A stretch of DNA of 63,940 nt, filler included, from Octopus bimaculoides (GCF_001194135.2; 4 parts of 4 records of this genome joined end to end with filler, not necessarily neighbours in it); one strand, 5' to 3'; shown: positions 25,829 to 41,917, numbered from the whole stretch's first letter. The notes: generated by a model not told the origin, from the sequence alone. Made by a program: numbers and translations.

Positions 25829-28058
25829 TGTGTGTTATAATATACATATACATATGTGTTCATACACACATATATAAATGCATATATGTATAAATTAGGT
25901 ACGTACCTGTATGGGTATACTTCTATAAATGTAGTTTTTCTTATTGTTTCATTCTTTTACATATCATTGTGTATTCCCCGTTTTTTTTTTCTGTTTCTCT
26001 TGTTTTCCTACATTTCATTATCAAATATATGTGAACTCACTCAGACGATGTTACCGATATAACGCAGACATGCTAATAAAGATTAATCAATAAGTAAATG
26101 AATACATGTTGTCGATTTGCCTGTCGGTTTACTCGTTATATTTCTCTTTGTTGTTGTTATTGTTATCTTTGTTATCATCAGTATTATTAAGAATATTATA
26201 AAAAACCTTTTTTTTTTCTACAGCTACCCTTGTGTTTTACTATTTTATTATAATATATCTATATATTTTTAAACCTATTTTTACATTTTGATTTTCATAT
26301 GGCATTATGAATGTATGTCATAATACTAGAAACAGGTTTTTCCAGTGGAATTTCTTGTAATTAACTTCTGTATTTGAGACAGACCATGTAAGCATGGATA
26401 CATGCGGGACTTCTGCATCTCAGATCTTGCTTCCATCTTAGAATTCCTCGCAACGGAAGTGCAAAAGTCTCATTTGATTTCATGCATATTGATCCTACAG
26501 AGACGTTGCCGACATTGGGAAACTATTATATTTTAAATGGATCCCAAAGTTACCGTTCGCAATCAAGAATTGACTGGTGATACAAAACTGCATGTATCTT
26601 ACCCATGCAATTATCCAGCAAGGTTCGCTCTACGCACTAATAAACACATATATCTGCAAATACAAGGTACACACAACAACATTCATGTACACACATCAGT
26701 AGACCTACGCTTATACACATACGTGGTGTGCTATAGACACACATAAAACTTGGGAACGCGTATCTGCTCTATTCTATTAGTCTGCCAAAAACTACCTTTT
26801 TTTCCCAGTTTGACTCTCTCATGTCACCTTATCGTTCACAGCATATCAAACAAACAGAACGTAAATCCTTCTTCGTGTAATATTTTTCTTTCCATTCTCT
26901 CCGTTTTCTTTAACTGTTTTCTTTCTTGCAGGAAAAGCAATCCTAAACGTTGAACAGCCTTCGACGTTTCTTCGTTCCAGGGTGAAACTAATAGTACGAC
27001 ATTGTATTTTCACTGTTCATTTGATTGTGTTGTCCTTAAATTCAATCGTTACACACACACACACACACACATGTGTGCGCGTGCGTATGTATGTATGTAT
27101 GTATGTATGTATGTATGTATGTATGTATATGTGCACATATACATATATATAAATATATAAACGTAAGAGCATGTGTATGTCTTTTATTGAATGTGTTTCC
27201 GTATGTGTTAATATTGTACGTGTGCATGATTTTCAGTGTTTCTGTATGTATATAGATACATGCATAAATAGAGATATGCACAGATAAAGAGAGAGAGAGA
27301 GAAACAGAAAGAGAGAGGGAGAGAGAGAAATTGAAGGGAATGCGTGATAAGAATGATGTGAAAAGAAAGGTATGTGAAAATGAGATTGAAAGCGGTGAGG
27401 ACAAAATCTAATTGAATGATTGAACATCAGAAATATTTTTTGAAATATTCAATTCGGAGTTATAACCATCGGCGTAATCTCTCTGTCATCTCCTTACTCC
27501 ATAAATGATCTCTCATCTTTCAATCATCTGGTCTTTGTTTCCATAGTAACTTTTCACGCATTTCTAAAACTAAGAGTGTTCATTAACGTAGCGATAAGAA
27601 GCAACACAATACCCTGTGTTCTCTTCAATGGTGGACAGAATATCGAATCTGCCAAATCTAATTGTCCTTCGTGAACTTTCACTGCTGACACTGTTAGTTA
27701 TCAGCCAAATCCCCTCCGAGTGATCAAATTGATTTACTCTTCAAAGATCAGTAGTGCTTCATCTTGAAATAAATATTGCTTCTGTAAAATCGTTGAAATA
27801 AACCCAACTGTCAAGTAATGTAGTCTTCCATAGTGGTTAAGTGGAATAGAAATGATTATAACTAGAGTTATTTAAGAGAGAGTAAAAGGTACATAGTTAA
27901 TTGTAGAAATTTTCATCTTCATTTTCCCCCTCAGTAAATGCTATATTAAATAATGCTAGAAGTTCTATTATACTACTTCTGAATTGAAGCATACAAAACC
28001 TATCCTCCTCTCACTGTCTGTCTGTTTGTCTATGTATTTGTCTCTCTTTCTCTCCCTT

Positions 28059-28123
<65 letters not shown>

Positions 28124-28320
28124 CTGTTTGAATCCGTATAAGATGTATATATATATATATATATATATACATACATAGAGAAGAGAGATTAATAGGCAGA
28201 CGGACGGATAGCTAGCTAGATGGATAGATAGATAGAGATACAGAGAAAGAGAGAGAGAGAGAGTGAGAGAGAGAGAGAGACATGTGTAAATATATAGACA
28301 GGAAGGCACACAGACAGACT

Positions 28321-28358
<38 letters not shown>

Positions 28359-28813
28359 TTTTATTTGTGTACGTTTCCTCATACTCACACACACATAGAA
28401 TAATGCTCAACCACTTTCCAAGATGAATATTCCACCAGTTTTACGTAATAAACTATATACTGAGGATTTATATTATATGTGGCTTAGCGTTTCACTCAAT
28501 CATTGTAGCGTTAGAGTAATTCTCCAGAAAAATTTGTGTAGCCCAGTGTGCACCAGGGCTGGCTTTCTGACTTCTAAGTACATCCATCCAACGAACTTGA
28601 ACACAGTTTCACTGCACGTGGAGACAGACGAGTAATAAGGCCTGTTCACTAATGATTATTACAAAAATAATCTTGTTCAAGATACAACGTTGTGTGATCA
28701 AACTAGGAACCTCATCATTGAAAAGTTAACTTCGTAAGTATTTATTCAAAATCTGTCATTTATACATACGTATACACATATACACTCTACATATGTGAAC
28801 GTCCATATATATA

Positions 28814-28902
<89 letters not shown>

Positions 28903-31900
28903 ACATACTTATATGTACATATATAAATACCTATATTTATGTATCATAGATAACACACACACGCACGCAGACACACACACAAACACTTATGTATATATAT
29001 ATATGTGTGTGTGTGTGTATATGTATTCAAAATACAAACTAAGGTAGAGTTTTAGAGAGAACAAATTAATTTCAGTTCATAACCGAGGATTATCTTTTTG
29101 AACTTCAGAAGATGGCCAATATAAAATAAACCATTAATAGTAATATTGTAGTTAGGGTGGTATCAAGTTTGCTTTCATATTTGTACAGTCAGTAACATAA
29201 CTATCAATGAGACTCGGTGGTGTGATAAACAACTATAATTCTAGCCGCTCATATGTGCCCTTGCTGTCCATCGTAGAATCAATATTTTAATCAATCACAT
29301 CGAGTCAACCAGGTTCATACTAGTTCGTTCTATTCGGTTGTTTCTGGCTTATTAATCTCTCAGTATAGCTTTTCCTTCTTAACTCATCATTGTGACGTGT
29401 TTGACTAATATTGTGAGAACAATGATATGACGTAAAATTCGGTTTTCTCTCATGCATTCTTCTCTCTCATTGTCGTTACTTTCACGTTCTCCCACACCAA
29501 AGCCGATGACCCTTCTGATCTTCATTATCCAAAAGTGATCCATATTAAATCGATATATTTCACATCAAACCTCCACTGGTTTCCTGAACTGACACCTCAA
29601 AATCACCCTGTAGTGGGGTCGTGACAATATCGTCACTTGCACCCATATAGTCAGTAACTAGATATCAAGGAAACAATACTGTATCCTACCTATTCAATCA
29701 TCACGGTTGCTACAAAATACTGAGTTTCACCATAACGAGGCATCTTTTCTGCTCGAATTCACATCGTCGAATGAGCAAACGCTGCCAAACAGTCTCAGAG
29801 CCACATACTGATACATTCCCAAACAAATTCTAACCTACTACAAACTTCAGGTGAGCCCCATAATGAAATAGTTGCTCGACATCTGGGAGGATGCTTAGAG
29901 ACATGCAAAGAAAAAACACTTGGCATATAAAACTCCTCTTCAGCAAATGTTACACTCTGTTCCATTGATGCCTTACCTACTCTTTCGGTTTTTTCTATGT
30001 CTAATATGAAAGCAGCATTTAACATTCAATGTAATAGGCTCTACTTAACCACCCACTACCTATTTAAGGTTGATGAATGAGTCAGTTGACATGCCTACGG
30101 GTACAAAGGCATAGGGAATTATCTTTACAGATTCACCTTTCAAGTACGATTAAAATATTAGTTGATCTTACCTCAGGTGGTAAAATCAGTAAAGTATCAG
30201 ACATGGTGCTTTCCGGCACTTTAAGTTTTGTGTTCAAACCCTGAGGAAACCGAGTTTATCTTTTGACCTCCGGGATCCTTAAAATAAAATCTAATCGAAG
30301 TCCGTATAATCTAGTGTAAGTTTCAACAGGAATAGGACTTCATAAGCTCGAACATCCGTTGACGATTACATCAAGAAACCAACTGCATTTTTTTCATTTC
30401 AGTACGTGTGCTAAATAATAAAGGTATGATGCATGTTCATTAAAACTGATTTAAAGCAGCACGTGAGACCATCTACATCTGTTAACCAAAACATTCTGTT
30501 TCGAATTCGTCATTTCTATTTGCATCATTCTTGCTATTGGAGTCAAGTGCCGAAGAGATTTGTCTATAATATAGAATGAAATAGCTATACAATTGTGATG
30601 TAATAAAAATGTATTTGAGCTGATGTACCGCTCCAACCTTCGTTGGATTCCCACAGTTTGGCGTTAATTTAGTTCTATTGTGCTACATAAATCCGATGCG
30701 TGTTGGTACAGTTATTATATTTTATCAATAAAAAAAAAAAACAACTTTATCCCAGTATGACTTGAACACACAACATAAAAAGACAGAATAAATACCATAA
30801 TGTATTTTGTCCAATGCACTAATTATTCTGAAGTGTCTCTGCTAATGAATATTCATTTGCTGACAATGATATGTTTAAACTTACATCTCTCTAGAGGCAG
30901 GTGCCTAAAACCAGAGCCGTAGACCTCTCGGCTACGCTAACAAGATTCTAACCAGATCTGGTTATCTCGATTAAATTCATCCGTATTCGTTTTCAACAAG
31001 ATGTTTAAGCAAATGATTTTATAATTTTGAAGATCTGATTATGCCTGTCTCGTTCATTTATCGATTTTATTGATTAGCTCTATTGATTCAATTAATTTCT
31101 TCTGTAGTATCTGTCATTTAGTCTGGGAAATGGAAATATTTTTAGAATTTCACTGTAAGCTATGTAAGTGTAGGTTTGGAAGAAACTTCGCTAATTTTCT
31201 ACTCTAATGTCTTTATTTTCACTTACTTAAATCAATCTGCACTCGTTTCAATGAAAGACTTTATCTACTCACGTGTATTTTATTATGCTTGTAGTGTTAT
31301 ACACACACACACGTACATAGCACACACATGCAGGAACACATTTTCTCTGTACACTGACACTTCCCAACATAAACACTCTTTTCTATACACACACATATAT
31401 ATATGTACGTTTATACTCGCATATACCCACGCGTATATCCCTACAGAAATGTACACATGTATAAATGTGTGTTCATGTGAGTGTTTATAGATGACATTCA
31501 TACTTATGGACATTTTTTTCTTTTTTCTCATCTTATTTCTTTTTCTCGCTCATTTTCAAAGGACGCCCAAGAATAGTCCTCAATTCTATTTTATGCCTAC
31601 CGTAATGTATCAATTTAAGAATGCCAGTTCCTAAATAACCCGCTAGGCAGTATTGTCTATCTCTCTATCAAATTGTATCTGTTTCAGAACTCTAGGATAC
31701 GCAACTATGCTTTGCTTTGTTGTCTCTGGTTTCTTTCCAACTCCCAAATCTATTGCATTTTCAGAAACCGCGATGGGAGCATTGAGTAGTAACTGCGACT
31801 GCTAGAATTAGCAAGCAAATACATTTAAAATAGAGGCAAGTATCTTAAACGAGGGAGACTATATTAAGCAATTTTTTAATGCATTTTCAAAACCATGTGG

Positions 31901-32029
31901 CCACGAAAATCAGTATCTGACATGTTCGAAGTCTCAGTTGTTTCAAAGGGCAATGATACTGCTTTCGTAAATGTCCTTGTCTGTCTCTGTATGTATGTAT
32001 GTATGTATGTATGTATGTATGTATGTATG

Positions 32030-32545
32030 CATGTTGGATGGCGAACAAGGGTGTGGAGTGGAGTGAAAGCATTTGAAGAGGCCAGGATGATGCAAGCAGG
32101 GCTCAAGAGACATTTAAGGAAAAAGGTAAAGACTGAGAAGGTGAATGACAAGGACCTTTTTGTGTGCACAGTCTGTGACAGACCATGTCTGTCCTTGGCT
32201 GGCCTCAAATCTCACCTGCGAACCCATGGAAAACAAAACTCACCCAGCTATTCTGATTATATGTCTGTGCACACGTTTGAATGTGGTGTGTGCCAGAGGG
32301 TTTGCAAATCCAATTGGGGTCTTAAAAGACATGTTAGGATCCACAATGAGCAAAACTTACTTGCAGGTATTGGTAGTGCAAATCAGAGGTGCAATCTGTG
32401 TGGGTGTTTTTTCAAAACACTGTCTGGTTTAAAAAGCCACATCAGACGCCATGAAAGGGCTAAGGTGTAGGTGCAGGAGGTGGTCAAACTCTGTTTAAGG
32501 AGTAGACAACCACCATGTATGCATGTATGTATTTATGTATGGCAT
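32030..32545 (+). mobile_element. 5'-truncated RTE LINE 3' end (three C2H2 fingers) inserted in a (TATG)n array
   Basis: WRTRVWSGVKAFEEAR, then CTVCDRPCLSLAGLKSHLRTH, CGVCQRVCKSNWGLKRHVRIH and CNLCGCFFKTLSGLKSHIRRH. The 3' UTR and tail match 3817-3890. Confidence 0.92.
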
Positions 32546-34355
32546 TATATAAGATTTTGCTTGTATCTAACAACAATTTTCTGTCGCACATTCTCCCTCA
32601 AATTTGACAGCATCTAAATAGCAGGGTTTTCTTTGTTATTATCAAACAGTATTTATCGATAGATTGGATCATGCTTAAGTTGGCTGCGGCGTTGAATTGT
32701 ATTCCTTTTTGCATGAATTTCAAATCTTATCGAAGTCCACTTTGCCTTGCTATATTTCCACTAAATTACAAACATGATTATCGATTATACATCTCAAAGA
32801 GCGTTTAGAATACAGTCTCTACGGAAAACATAAATAATTATAACAGAAGATTGTTAACGGAGCCTCTCTATTCTCGACACTCAGTTAGACATAGCAACCA
32901 AACGTCATCTCCAAGAAATTACATTCTAGCGTTTTTAGAAATTGGAACACAGAAACGTTGACTGATATCACAAATATAGCATCAATGAGTCTAAAATGGA
33001 ATACACACTGCTTGAACAATCCAATGGCGCACATCTTCATCACGAATAACCTGAGCTTAACAACATCATCACCACATGAGTTGGCGGAGAGTTTAGCTAT
33101 TTACGTCTGTGTTTCGGGCTCAAATCTTCCCGGGGTGTATTTCAATGAATTTGCGAACAAAAATATTATCTACTACGACAGTAGTATCACAAATTTAATC
33201 ACTAATATACCAATATATTGATTTAGCCAGCTATATTACGGCACCATAAAACTTGTGTTTCCATTAAAATATATATCGTTCTTTAATGTTCAGATCAATG
33301 GAAGATGGCCAGCGTCCATTGAGACTTGAAATCCCTTTGATCTCGACTAGAAAGACATTGTATGAAAGGTTTGTTGAGAGTGGCAGGACGAGTGGTTAAT
33401 GGTGACAGAGTAGGATTGATCTGTTTACATAGATATAGCAACGAATTGCGAGTAATATGGTCGATGATAGCGGAAAGCAGAATGAATAGTAGAATTAGAA
33501 AGGTAAATTCAGACAGAAAGGTATAGACAAACAGAGGACGAGAGCGGAAATTAGAGGTAGAGAGCGTGAGGGTTTATGAGTGGGCTTGTTAGATATGGAT
33601 GAAGACATATAGTGAAAAAAGACAAAAGCAAACACGTCGTAGAGAATGAGAAATACATAATGTGCGACGGAATACTGAATGCGAGAGAGAGAGAATAAGA
33701 GAGAGAGACAGATGGAGTGAGAGATGGAATGAGAAAAAGAACGACAGACAGACAAACAGAATTAGAGAGGGTATTGGGCACATGATCACAAGGTTTGTAC
33801 AAAGGCTGTAGTTGATAGAAACGACCCCGATTCTTAACACGCATTAATTTTATCGACCATAAAAATGATGAAAGTCAAAAAGCAATCTCAGTGGGATTTG
33901 AACTGAGAAAGTATATCGGCGCAAATAGATACCACACAACATTGATTACAGCACTCTATCACGTTTGCATATATAGAAATATATAGAAATTGATATATAG
34001 AAGCTGATATGTAGAAACTGATATATAGAAATTTTGGTTTCTCTTATAGATATAAGGCAGTTAGTGCAATGCTTTGCAGTCCCCGCTGCCTCACATGAAA
34101 TAAAGGAATCAAGATTTCTCTTATGAACATAAATTTTTGGGTATATATGACTATCAACTCCACTACATTACTAATCACTGTTTTAGAAATAAGGGCACGA
34201 TGAGGAAGAGAACATCAGTGTCTAAATCGCCCCATCAGTTGACTGAGAATTACTTTATCAAGCCAGTACAAATTCAAGTGAGAAAAGATTTCGGTGGAAT
34301 TTGAAATAAGAACACGTTAATAGGCTTAGTTAAATACCAATCGGTATTGTATAAT

Positions 34356-34570
34356 CTTTTCTACTCTAAGCACAAGGCCCAAAATATTTGGGGAAGGGAC
34401 CAGTCGATTAGATCGACCCCAGTACGCAAATGGTACTGAATTTATCGACCCTGAAAGGGTGAGAGGAAAAGTCAACCTCGGCGGAATTTGAACTCAGAAC
34501 GTGAAGACAGACGAAATGCCGCTAAGCATTTTGCCCGGCGTGCTAACGTTTCTGCCAGCTCGCCGCCTTA
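34356..34570 (-). mobile_element. Full-length tRNA-derived SINE (family A)
   Basis: Minus strand TAAGGCGGCGAGCTGGCAGAAACGTTAGC (box A) ... GAGTTCAAATTCCGCCGAGG (box B) ... GGGTCGATAAA...GTACCA core. Related copies lie near 33820-33960, 34170-34340, 42295-42485, 53098-53310, 53985-54045, 55410-55590, 57476-57571, 60395-60570 and 62105-62247. Confidence 0.85.
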
Positions 34571-35746
34571 TTGGTACTGTATAATATCATTCCGCTTGTT
34601 CCACCATACAAATCTTTCTCAGCCTAATATTATTGCGATGGTTTTGGCAACAGATATATGCCAAAGGTAAAGGTGGGATTCGATCAGAGAAACATATATC
34701 AGCAGGAAGAACCTACTAAAGGAAATAGTACAAGTTTTCAAAAGTTCTTTTTGGAAGTCGCGGCATTGGACCTATGTATAAGTGAAGTTTATTGATTAAA
34801 TTATAAAATGTGCACAATACAGCTGCGCTCCTTCTCACACAGGGATATAACAAAGGAAATTCATGGTAAATTAATTGCTGCTATTTAATTAGAATCGACG
34901 CTCGAAATTAACTTGTTCAAACGTCCTTTAATCCAAAGTTTTTAAGTTTTAATTAGAGAATACTTGTTAATATTACTGAAAATTTGTCACGAACTCCTTC
35001 GAGCGAAATGATCTGTAATGTCTTTAGATAGCAAACTATTGTACTTCAACTTAACATGGATTTGAACATTTACAGGCTGAAGCAGTTTTCTTCATTTATA
35101 TTGTTACTTCATTCCAGAAAGTGATCGATACCTCCCATTTCCATTGTCTTAAATTTTAGAGCGGTTTTCCTTCGTTAAACTTAGTGAGTTTAATCTGAAA
35201 GCCAATTGCCATTTTCTACTAAGGACTTTATTTTTATTAACACAGATCTGAAATGCATGTCTTCATCATATTGGGAGCAATGTGGATATTTCCACTGTTT
35301 TATTCTCTATGTACCTTCTGTTAGTAAACACAGCGGAAATGATCTATAAGGGGTTCAGGTAAAGAGCTGCACAAGTCCATCTCAACAGTGCAAATTGCAA
35401 ACACGACTGTATTTACAGTGGACAGGTATATGCTTCATGTTATTATAGTTTAACCTTTGGAGAAAACTGAATTAATATATAGTGAATATGTGGTTTCAAA
35501 TTTTAAAAATTTAGGCATTAATTCGATGGAGTTTGATTAACATATCTCGAACAGATTGACTGAACGTGCAGCGGCACCTTCCCTGCTTCTGTTGGTAAAG
35601 TTTGATAATCAAAAGCGTGTGTGTATGGCTATCTGGGTTTGGGTGTGATTTATGTATATCTTGCATGTTTGTGAGTATGTATTGTATGTATCTGTCTGTC
35701 TACCTCTTTCTCTTTCTCTCTCTCTCTCTCTTTGATGTATGTCTGA

Positions 35747-35862
<116 letters not shown>

Positions 35863-37419
35863 CGCGCGCGCATGCATACGTGAATGTGTGATTACGAGTG
35901 TATGTTTGCAGGAAATAAATTATTTCGCCATTTAACTTTTATCTAAATTGTATTTGAATCTCAAAGAAATTCTATATACCAAAATTCTCATCTATTTAAA
36001 ACCACTGCTGCTGATTACTTTTTTTTTGCCAAACATAAAGTAACTACTTGCACTAAGGTGAATACGACCGTTTATAATTTGAAGAATCATGTTCTCAAAG
36101 AAACAGAGAGACTTAGAGATATAGAGGATATGAACTCTCAGCATCGTAGCTTCTTCTTTATGCCATCTGCACATTCAGATGACACAATGTAATCTGCACA
36201 TTCAGTAAAATATTACGATTTCCTTTATGTTGTGAGAAGGTTACATCAACAGAAAAAAAAGCATTAACAAATCTAGGTGAGATATAGGAGTATTCCATAT
36301 TGATCGCCTTTGTAAAATCACTTCTAAGATAAGAACATTTATGAATAAATTTAGAGCTGCAAAAATGTGTAACATGAGTAGACTGGCAAGGAAAACAATA
36401 CAGGTAAAAAATAAAAAAAAGATAAAATAAAGAAATACCCATGCTATCTGAAAATAAATATTGTATTGTTTCATATCATTGACTCCATACAAAATGCTGC
36501 TTTGTTTGGCTCAGCAGAAGTTTATTTCTTTTTACTTTTATTTTGTATATCTGAAGCTAGTTACTCTAAAATAATATTTGTATTTATTTCAGTTGTAGTG
36601 ACAGACGATAACATAAAGTTCAGTAAAATGGCAAGAAGGTAGTATTCTGATTACAGCATATCTAGAAATTTAGATGGAACCAATCTAAGAAACTCGTATA
36701 CAGGGATGTTCTACAAATACTTCTTCCCTCTTCACATTCTCACTCTTCTTGTTCTATATGTATATATATCTTTGTTCTGTCTCGCTCTATACTAAATATG
36801 CGCCAGTATTTTCTTTTAATTTCCTGTTAATATATCGTATTTCTGTTTGTATGATTTAATCATGGGAGAAGGGAGAGCACTCGTAATTTGTCAACACACA
36901 CTCTATACTGGGGAGATTTATTCATCTGACATTCTGTTTGTACTTTTGTAAAACAAATCTAATTGTGACGGGGACGGTTTTCCTCGTCTCAGTACTACAA
37001 ACTGAATGAACTATTCTGAAGGCATACAAAACCAGGCAGTAGTGATAAACCGCATTGTATGAGGCGCATATCCACCCTTTCATTGCTCTTTAACTATGGT
37101 TTTCTCTTTCGACATCATCAAACCTTTCAACGCTGTCTGTCGCGTTCATATACTGGCAAAACAGCCTGTTTACAAATCGTCTCTGTTTCTTATCTTTTTT
37201 CTGTAAAATCACACCATTGTGGCATGTACTGTCGATGCTCTCTCTCTCTCTCTCCCGTTATCTATTTCTCTCTCTAACTTATTCTCTCTCACTCCTTCTG
37301 TCCCCTGTTCGTTTTTTCCAGTTTCGCTCCTCTCCCTTTCTCCCTTTCTCTCTCCCACTTTCTCCCACTCTCTCACCCATATTCTATCAATTACGGTGTG
37401 TTTCAGTGTTCGTTTTTGA

Positions 37420-37640
37420 CTCTGCGCTGTTTCTTCTGTACATCAACAATTTCCTAGTCATCACGTCCAGTAACGTACAGTTCTACACTAATGGTACCGT
37501 CACTGATTACTTTAAATTTTCACTCCCAAAACATCATCTCCATGCAGCCTAACAAGCTCTGAGATATTTCCCAAGAAGAGAGATTCTGACCAATATTGTC
37601 TTCAATATCAAAATAATACAGTCACTTTCCATATTATCCC
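37420..37640 (+). mobile_element. Degraded L2/Jockey-group LINE RT fragment
   Basis: DSALFLLYINNFLVITSSNVQFYTNGT resembles the LFLLYINDL...YADD RT motifs. Confidence 0.5.
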
Positions 37641-37967
37641 GGTCTTAAATGTATTTACTCTTTTCTCCCAAATACAGATAGAATGCAATAGTGTCTCAGC
37701 ATTATCGAACATTAGTCCTCAAGAATGACCATTCTAAGAATAACTAATACTTCACCATTACTGGTCTTTATCTCTAGTAAGTGAAAATACTCAATCCCTT
37801 CATCAATGACTAGTAATTTAAAAAGCACAAGTAAGTTCTCTAATGGGGTTTTGCTCTCACACATAGAAGACGCTGCTGCTACAGCACCAGGATCATACAT
37901 TGCAATCAAAGAAAAGCCATTTAACCGATTATCATAGTCTTTCTCTCTTTCGACTCACAGACTGACT

Positions 37968-38007
<40 letters not shown>

Positions 38008-39165
38008 TCTTTTATTTTGCATATATCCAGGCATCTGCTCCAGCAACGTTGTTAGTGATACGCTAGTTCACCTAGGTTCATCCGACTAACATATGTTTCC
38101 ATATCTCTTCACTTGTATAAGGTTCACCACTGCAACGTCCGCTCGCACAATTACACGAGCATTTTTTTCTTCCAAGATTCTTGTTCCTCTTAAATTTGCA
38201 CTTGACATGTTTTCTTTTATTCCCATTGTAAGTTCGGAATAGAATAGGAAAATTATTTACAACTGAGGAAAATTATAAACGAATGCTGATTTATTTATAT
38301 GCATACAGGTATGTGTATATATATCCATGCACACACACACGCACACACGCACACACGCACACACACACACACGCACGCACACACGCGCACACACACGCAC
38401 ACACGCGCGCGCACGCACACACACACGCACACAAACCATTGGGCAACAGGAGGCTGAATACAAACTCAAAAGAATGAAAGTGCAAGTATTCAATATTTAA
38501 TCATGTAGATTTTCAGTAACTAGGTTTCGATTGAATTAGAATTGTCATCGGTGAAGTGTTGTAATATCTTTTTAAGATCATAGAATATTCAAAATTCAGA
38601 ACGCCTCGGTAAAGTCTAGTATATTATCTCAATACACCAGTTACATGTATGTTTGTGACTGTGTGCATGTGTATATGTGTACGTGTGTGTACGCACACAG
38701 GCACACACTCATCCACATGGATGTATATGTAAGTACATATATTTATTCTTCCCTGTTCTGATCCCCCAGCCGAGCTTAAATGTATAAATTTGATGGGCAA
38801 GATTTGGCACCAATCTTTCGCACATGGAGCAGCCATATTGAGAGAATGAATACGGTAGGTGCGTTTTAATAAAACCTCATTCATAGTCACCACCCACCAT
38901 AAAATGCATAAAGGGACTAACAATTCATCAGCTTGCAGCTAATTAATACGAACTACTTACTTTATCTTCATTCGATCTACTGACATTTCGATCAAAAACT
39001 GAATACTCAGTTGATTCGCCAAATTATCGACTTAACAGATCATCACACAAAATAAATAGTATGGTTACGATATATGCAGTTCTGAAGAACATCAAATTTA
39101 GCACACACAGACGCACACACATACACACACATACACACACACGTACACACACGCACACACAAACA

Positions 39166-39201
<36 letters not shown>

Positions 39202-39577
39202 CTCACACACATACACACACAACGCGAATACGCATGAAGAGCAAAAAGAAAATGTGGGGGAGACGCTGTATTTATCATACGGTTGAAATCTAGTTCAAGT
39301 GGAATTTATACAGAAAGATTTGAAAGCACAATTTCGCGTATCTTTTTCTAATATTTACAGAGTGTATATGAGTGGTTAGAGAATGGAATTTAGTTTTATG
39401 TTTAGCTTTCAAACAAAAGAGAATCTGAAATTTCGGAATCTGAAACTAAGCCAACATTTGATAAGAGATCAGCACCGATGATAATAAATACATGGTCGAT
39501 GAGAGAAAAATAATAGTGAAATAGTGAAAGAATAAGACACACACAGAGTAATAGGAGCAATGAGCGATAGATAAAGA

Positions 39578-39612
<35 letters not shown>

Positions 39613-40109
39613 CATAGGAAGTAGACAGGGAGATAGAATAAGGAAGGAAACAACGTGATGTAAAGCTTTTGAGACTAAAGCAATCCATCCATTGCGCACT
39701 TAAAAAATTACTACTTGTACTAGTGTCCTCTGAATGTTTAATAATGGAGCATAAACATATGATAAATTCTATCGTCCTCTTTTCTTTTTTTCTTTTTTTT
39801 TTGTGTCTCCTTATCTCTTTTCCCTCTTGCTTGCTTCCTTTCCCTTCTTTTCGCTTGTACCGTGCGAAGATTTGTGTCAATAAAGCGCAATTTATTCTCC
39901 ATTGGTAAATACACCATATACTTGCAATGCGAAAATGAAAGCTTACAGATGGACAAAGATTGACGTTCAACACGTGTTATTCAACAATAATTACATTTGC
40001 TTTGGTCAGGAAACATTAATTACTGATTGTTTGGATAGATGGACACTTCAAAGAGAATAGACGTCGCCATTTTGGCTTCATTTTATGGAAACTATTTTAC
40101 TTCTATCAA

Positions 40110-40154
<45 letters not shown>

Positions 40155-40219
40155 CGTATGTATATCTGTATGTATATAAGTATGTATGTATGCATGTATA
40201 CATACATAAAAATACATAC

Positions 40220-40266
<47 letters not shown>

Positions 40267-40435
40267 TACATACATATTTATATATATACACACACATATA
40301 TATGTGAGTGTGTTTGTGTGTATACATATATAGGTCTACATTTATCCCTATACATGTGTATATAGACATACATATATATCTATCTATATTTATATAAACA
40401 TATATAGATATATGTATTATATATGCACGTAAGTT

Positions 40436-40477
<42 letters not shown>

Positions 40478-40753
40478 TGCTTAAATGTATCTATGAATAT
40501 TTGTTAGTGGTTAATAAAATTATCGGATCACTTTGAAGAGAATCAAATTAAGTAACATGAGGATGATAGTGTTGATGATGTTGGAAGAATAGCAACAACA
40601 ATACAATAACAACTCTTAGTGGATGTAACAATAATGGAAGCAACAAACAACAACAATAATAATAATAATAATGATGATGATTATGATGATGATGATGGTT
40701 TTGATGATGACGACGACGACGACAACAACAACAACAACAACAACAACAACAGC

Positions 40754-40801
<48 letters not shown>

Positions 40802-40905
40802 CGTCCNNNNNNNNNNATAATGATGATGATTATGATGATGATGATGGTTTTGATGATGACGACGACGACGACGACAACAACAACAACAACAACAACAACA
40901 ACAGC

Positions 40906-40953
<48 letters not shown>

Positions 40954-41068
40954 CGTCCTTTGTATTGTTTTGCTACTAGAACCCTTGCATACACGTAAGG
41001 AAATGAGAAGCAACATTCTAGGTATGCATATGTGTGTGACTGTGTGTACGTTTATGTGTGTGTGTTTA

Positions 41069-41127
<59 letters not shown>

Positions 41128-41700
41128 ATACTTACTTATATAAAAAGGGGCGTTCGGCTAGAACGTCATACAATATATTGGTCATGTTGATAAGTTTGTT
41201 TCAATTTGTAAGAGACGTTAGAGGCATAGATAGATACAAACTAGAAATAGCAAAAAAAATATATATATGTAATACAAAACGAAGATGAGAAGCATGATAA
41301 AACCCTCGTCATCTACTACTCTAGAAGCGTATTCTCCAAATACTCAGACTTGAATGCATTTAGAGGAGAAAGTCATACGTTAAATTCAGAGAGAAGCAGC
41401 CCATGTCTTCTAAAAGCGCATGTACTGTATCCTTTATATTTATCTTTGCCTTCTTGTATATCGTTTAAACCAGTCATCAATTGCTAGATGGCTACTTGAA
41501 GAATTGTAAGCTCTTTGCAGTACGAACAGGAGAGGCGATACTTCACGTATATTTTACTTGCTTTCTACCACCTTCACTTTACACGAGGGTCTCATTTGTC
41601 TTCTCATAATGTGCTAACTAATGCGATGAAAAGTTATCTAACACGTACCATATCACCCGACATTTCTCCTCCTTCTCTTTCTTTATATATATGTATGTGG

Positions 41701-41742
<42 letters not shown>

Positions 41743-41846
41743 TCGTACATATATAAAAACAACCGCAAACCATATTACCATATTACCATAGTACCATATT
41801 ACCCGACATTTCACCTCCTTCTCTTTCTCTATATATATATATGTGT

Positions 41847-41917
<71 letters not shown>

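Noticed and set aside
26600-26655. Minus-strand exon-like segment (ttgtatttgcag ... ATGG|gtaaga)
   Set aside because: All frames are closed and nothing links it to other exons.
29060-29115. CUGAAG...GAAA hammerhead-like motif on the minus strand
   Set aside because: A9 is missing and there is no stem I.
39405-39512. Short frame LSNKRESEISESETKPTFDKRSAPM with dibasic sites (neuropeptide-like)
   Set aside because: There is no signal peptide, amidation site, repeated peptide or convincing donor site, so chance is plausible.
40619-40960. Poly-N/D/T/I ORFs and a duplicated trinucleotide block
   Set aside because: These are AAT/GAT/AAC repeats duplicated across an 11-N gap, an assembly echo. A similar echo occurs at about 8058-8150.
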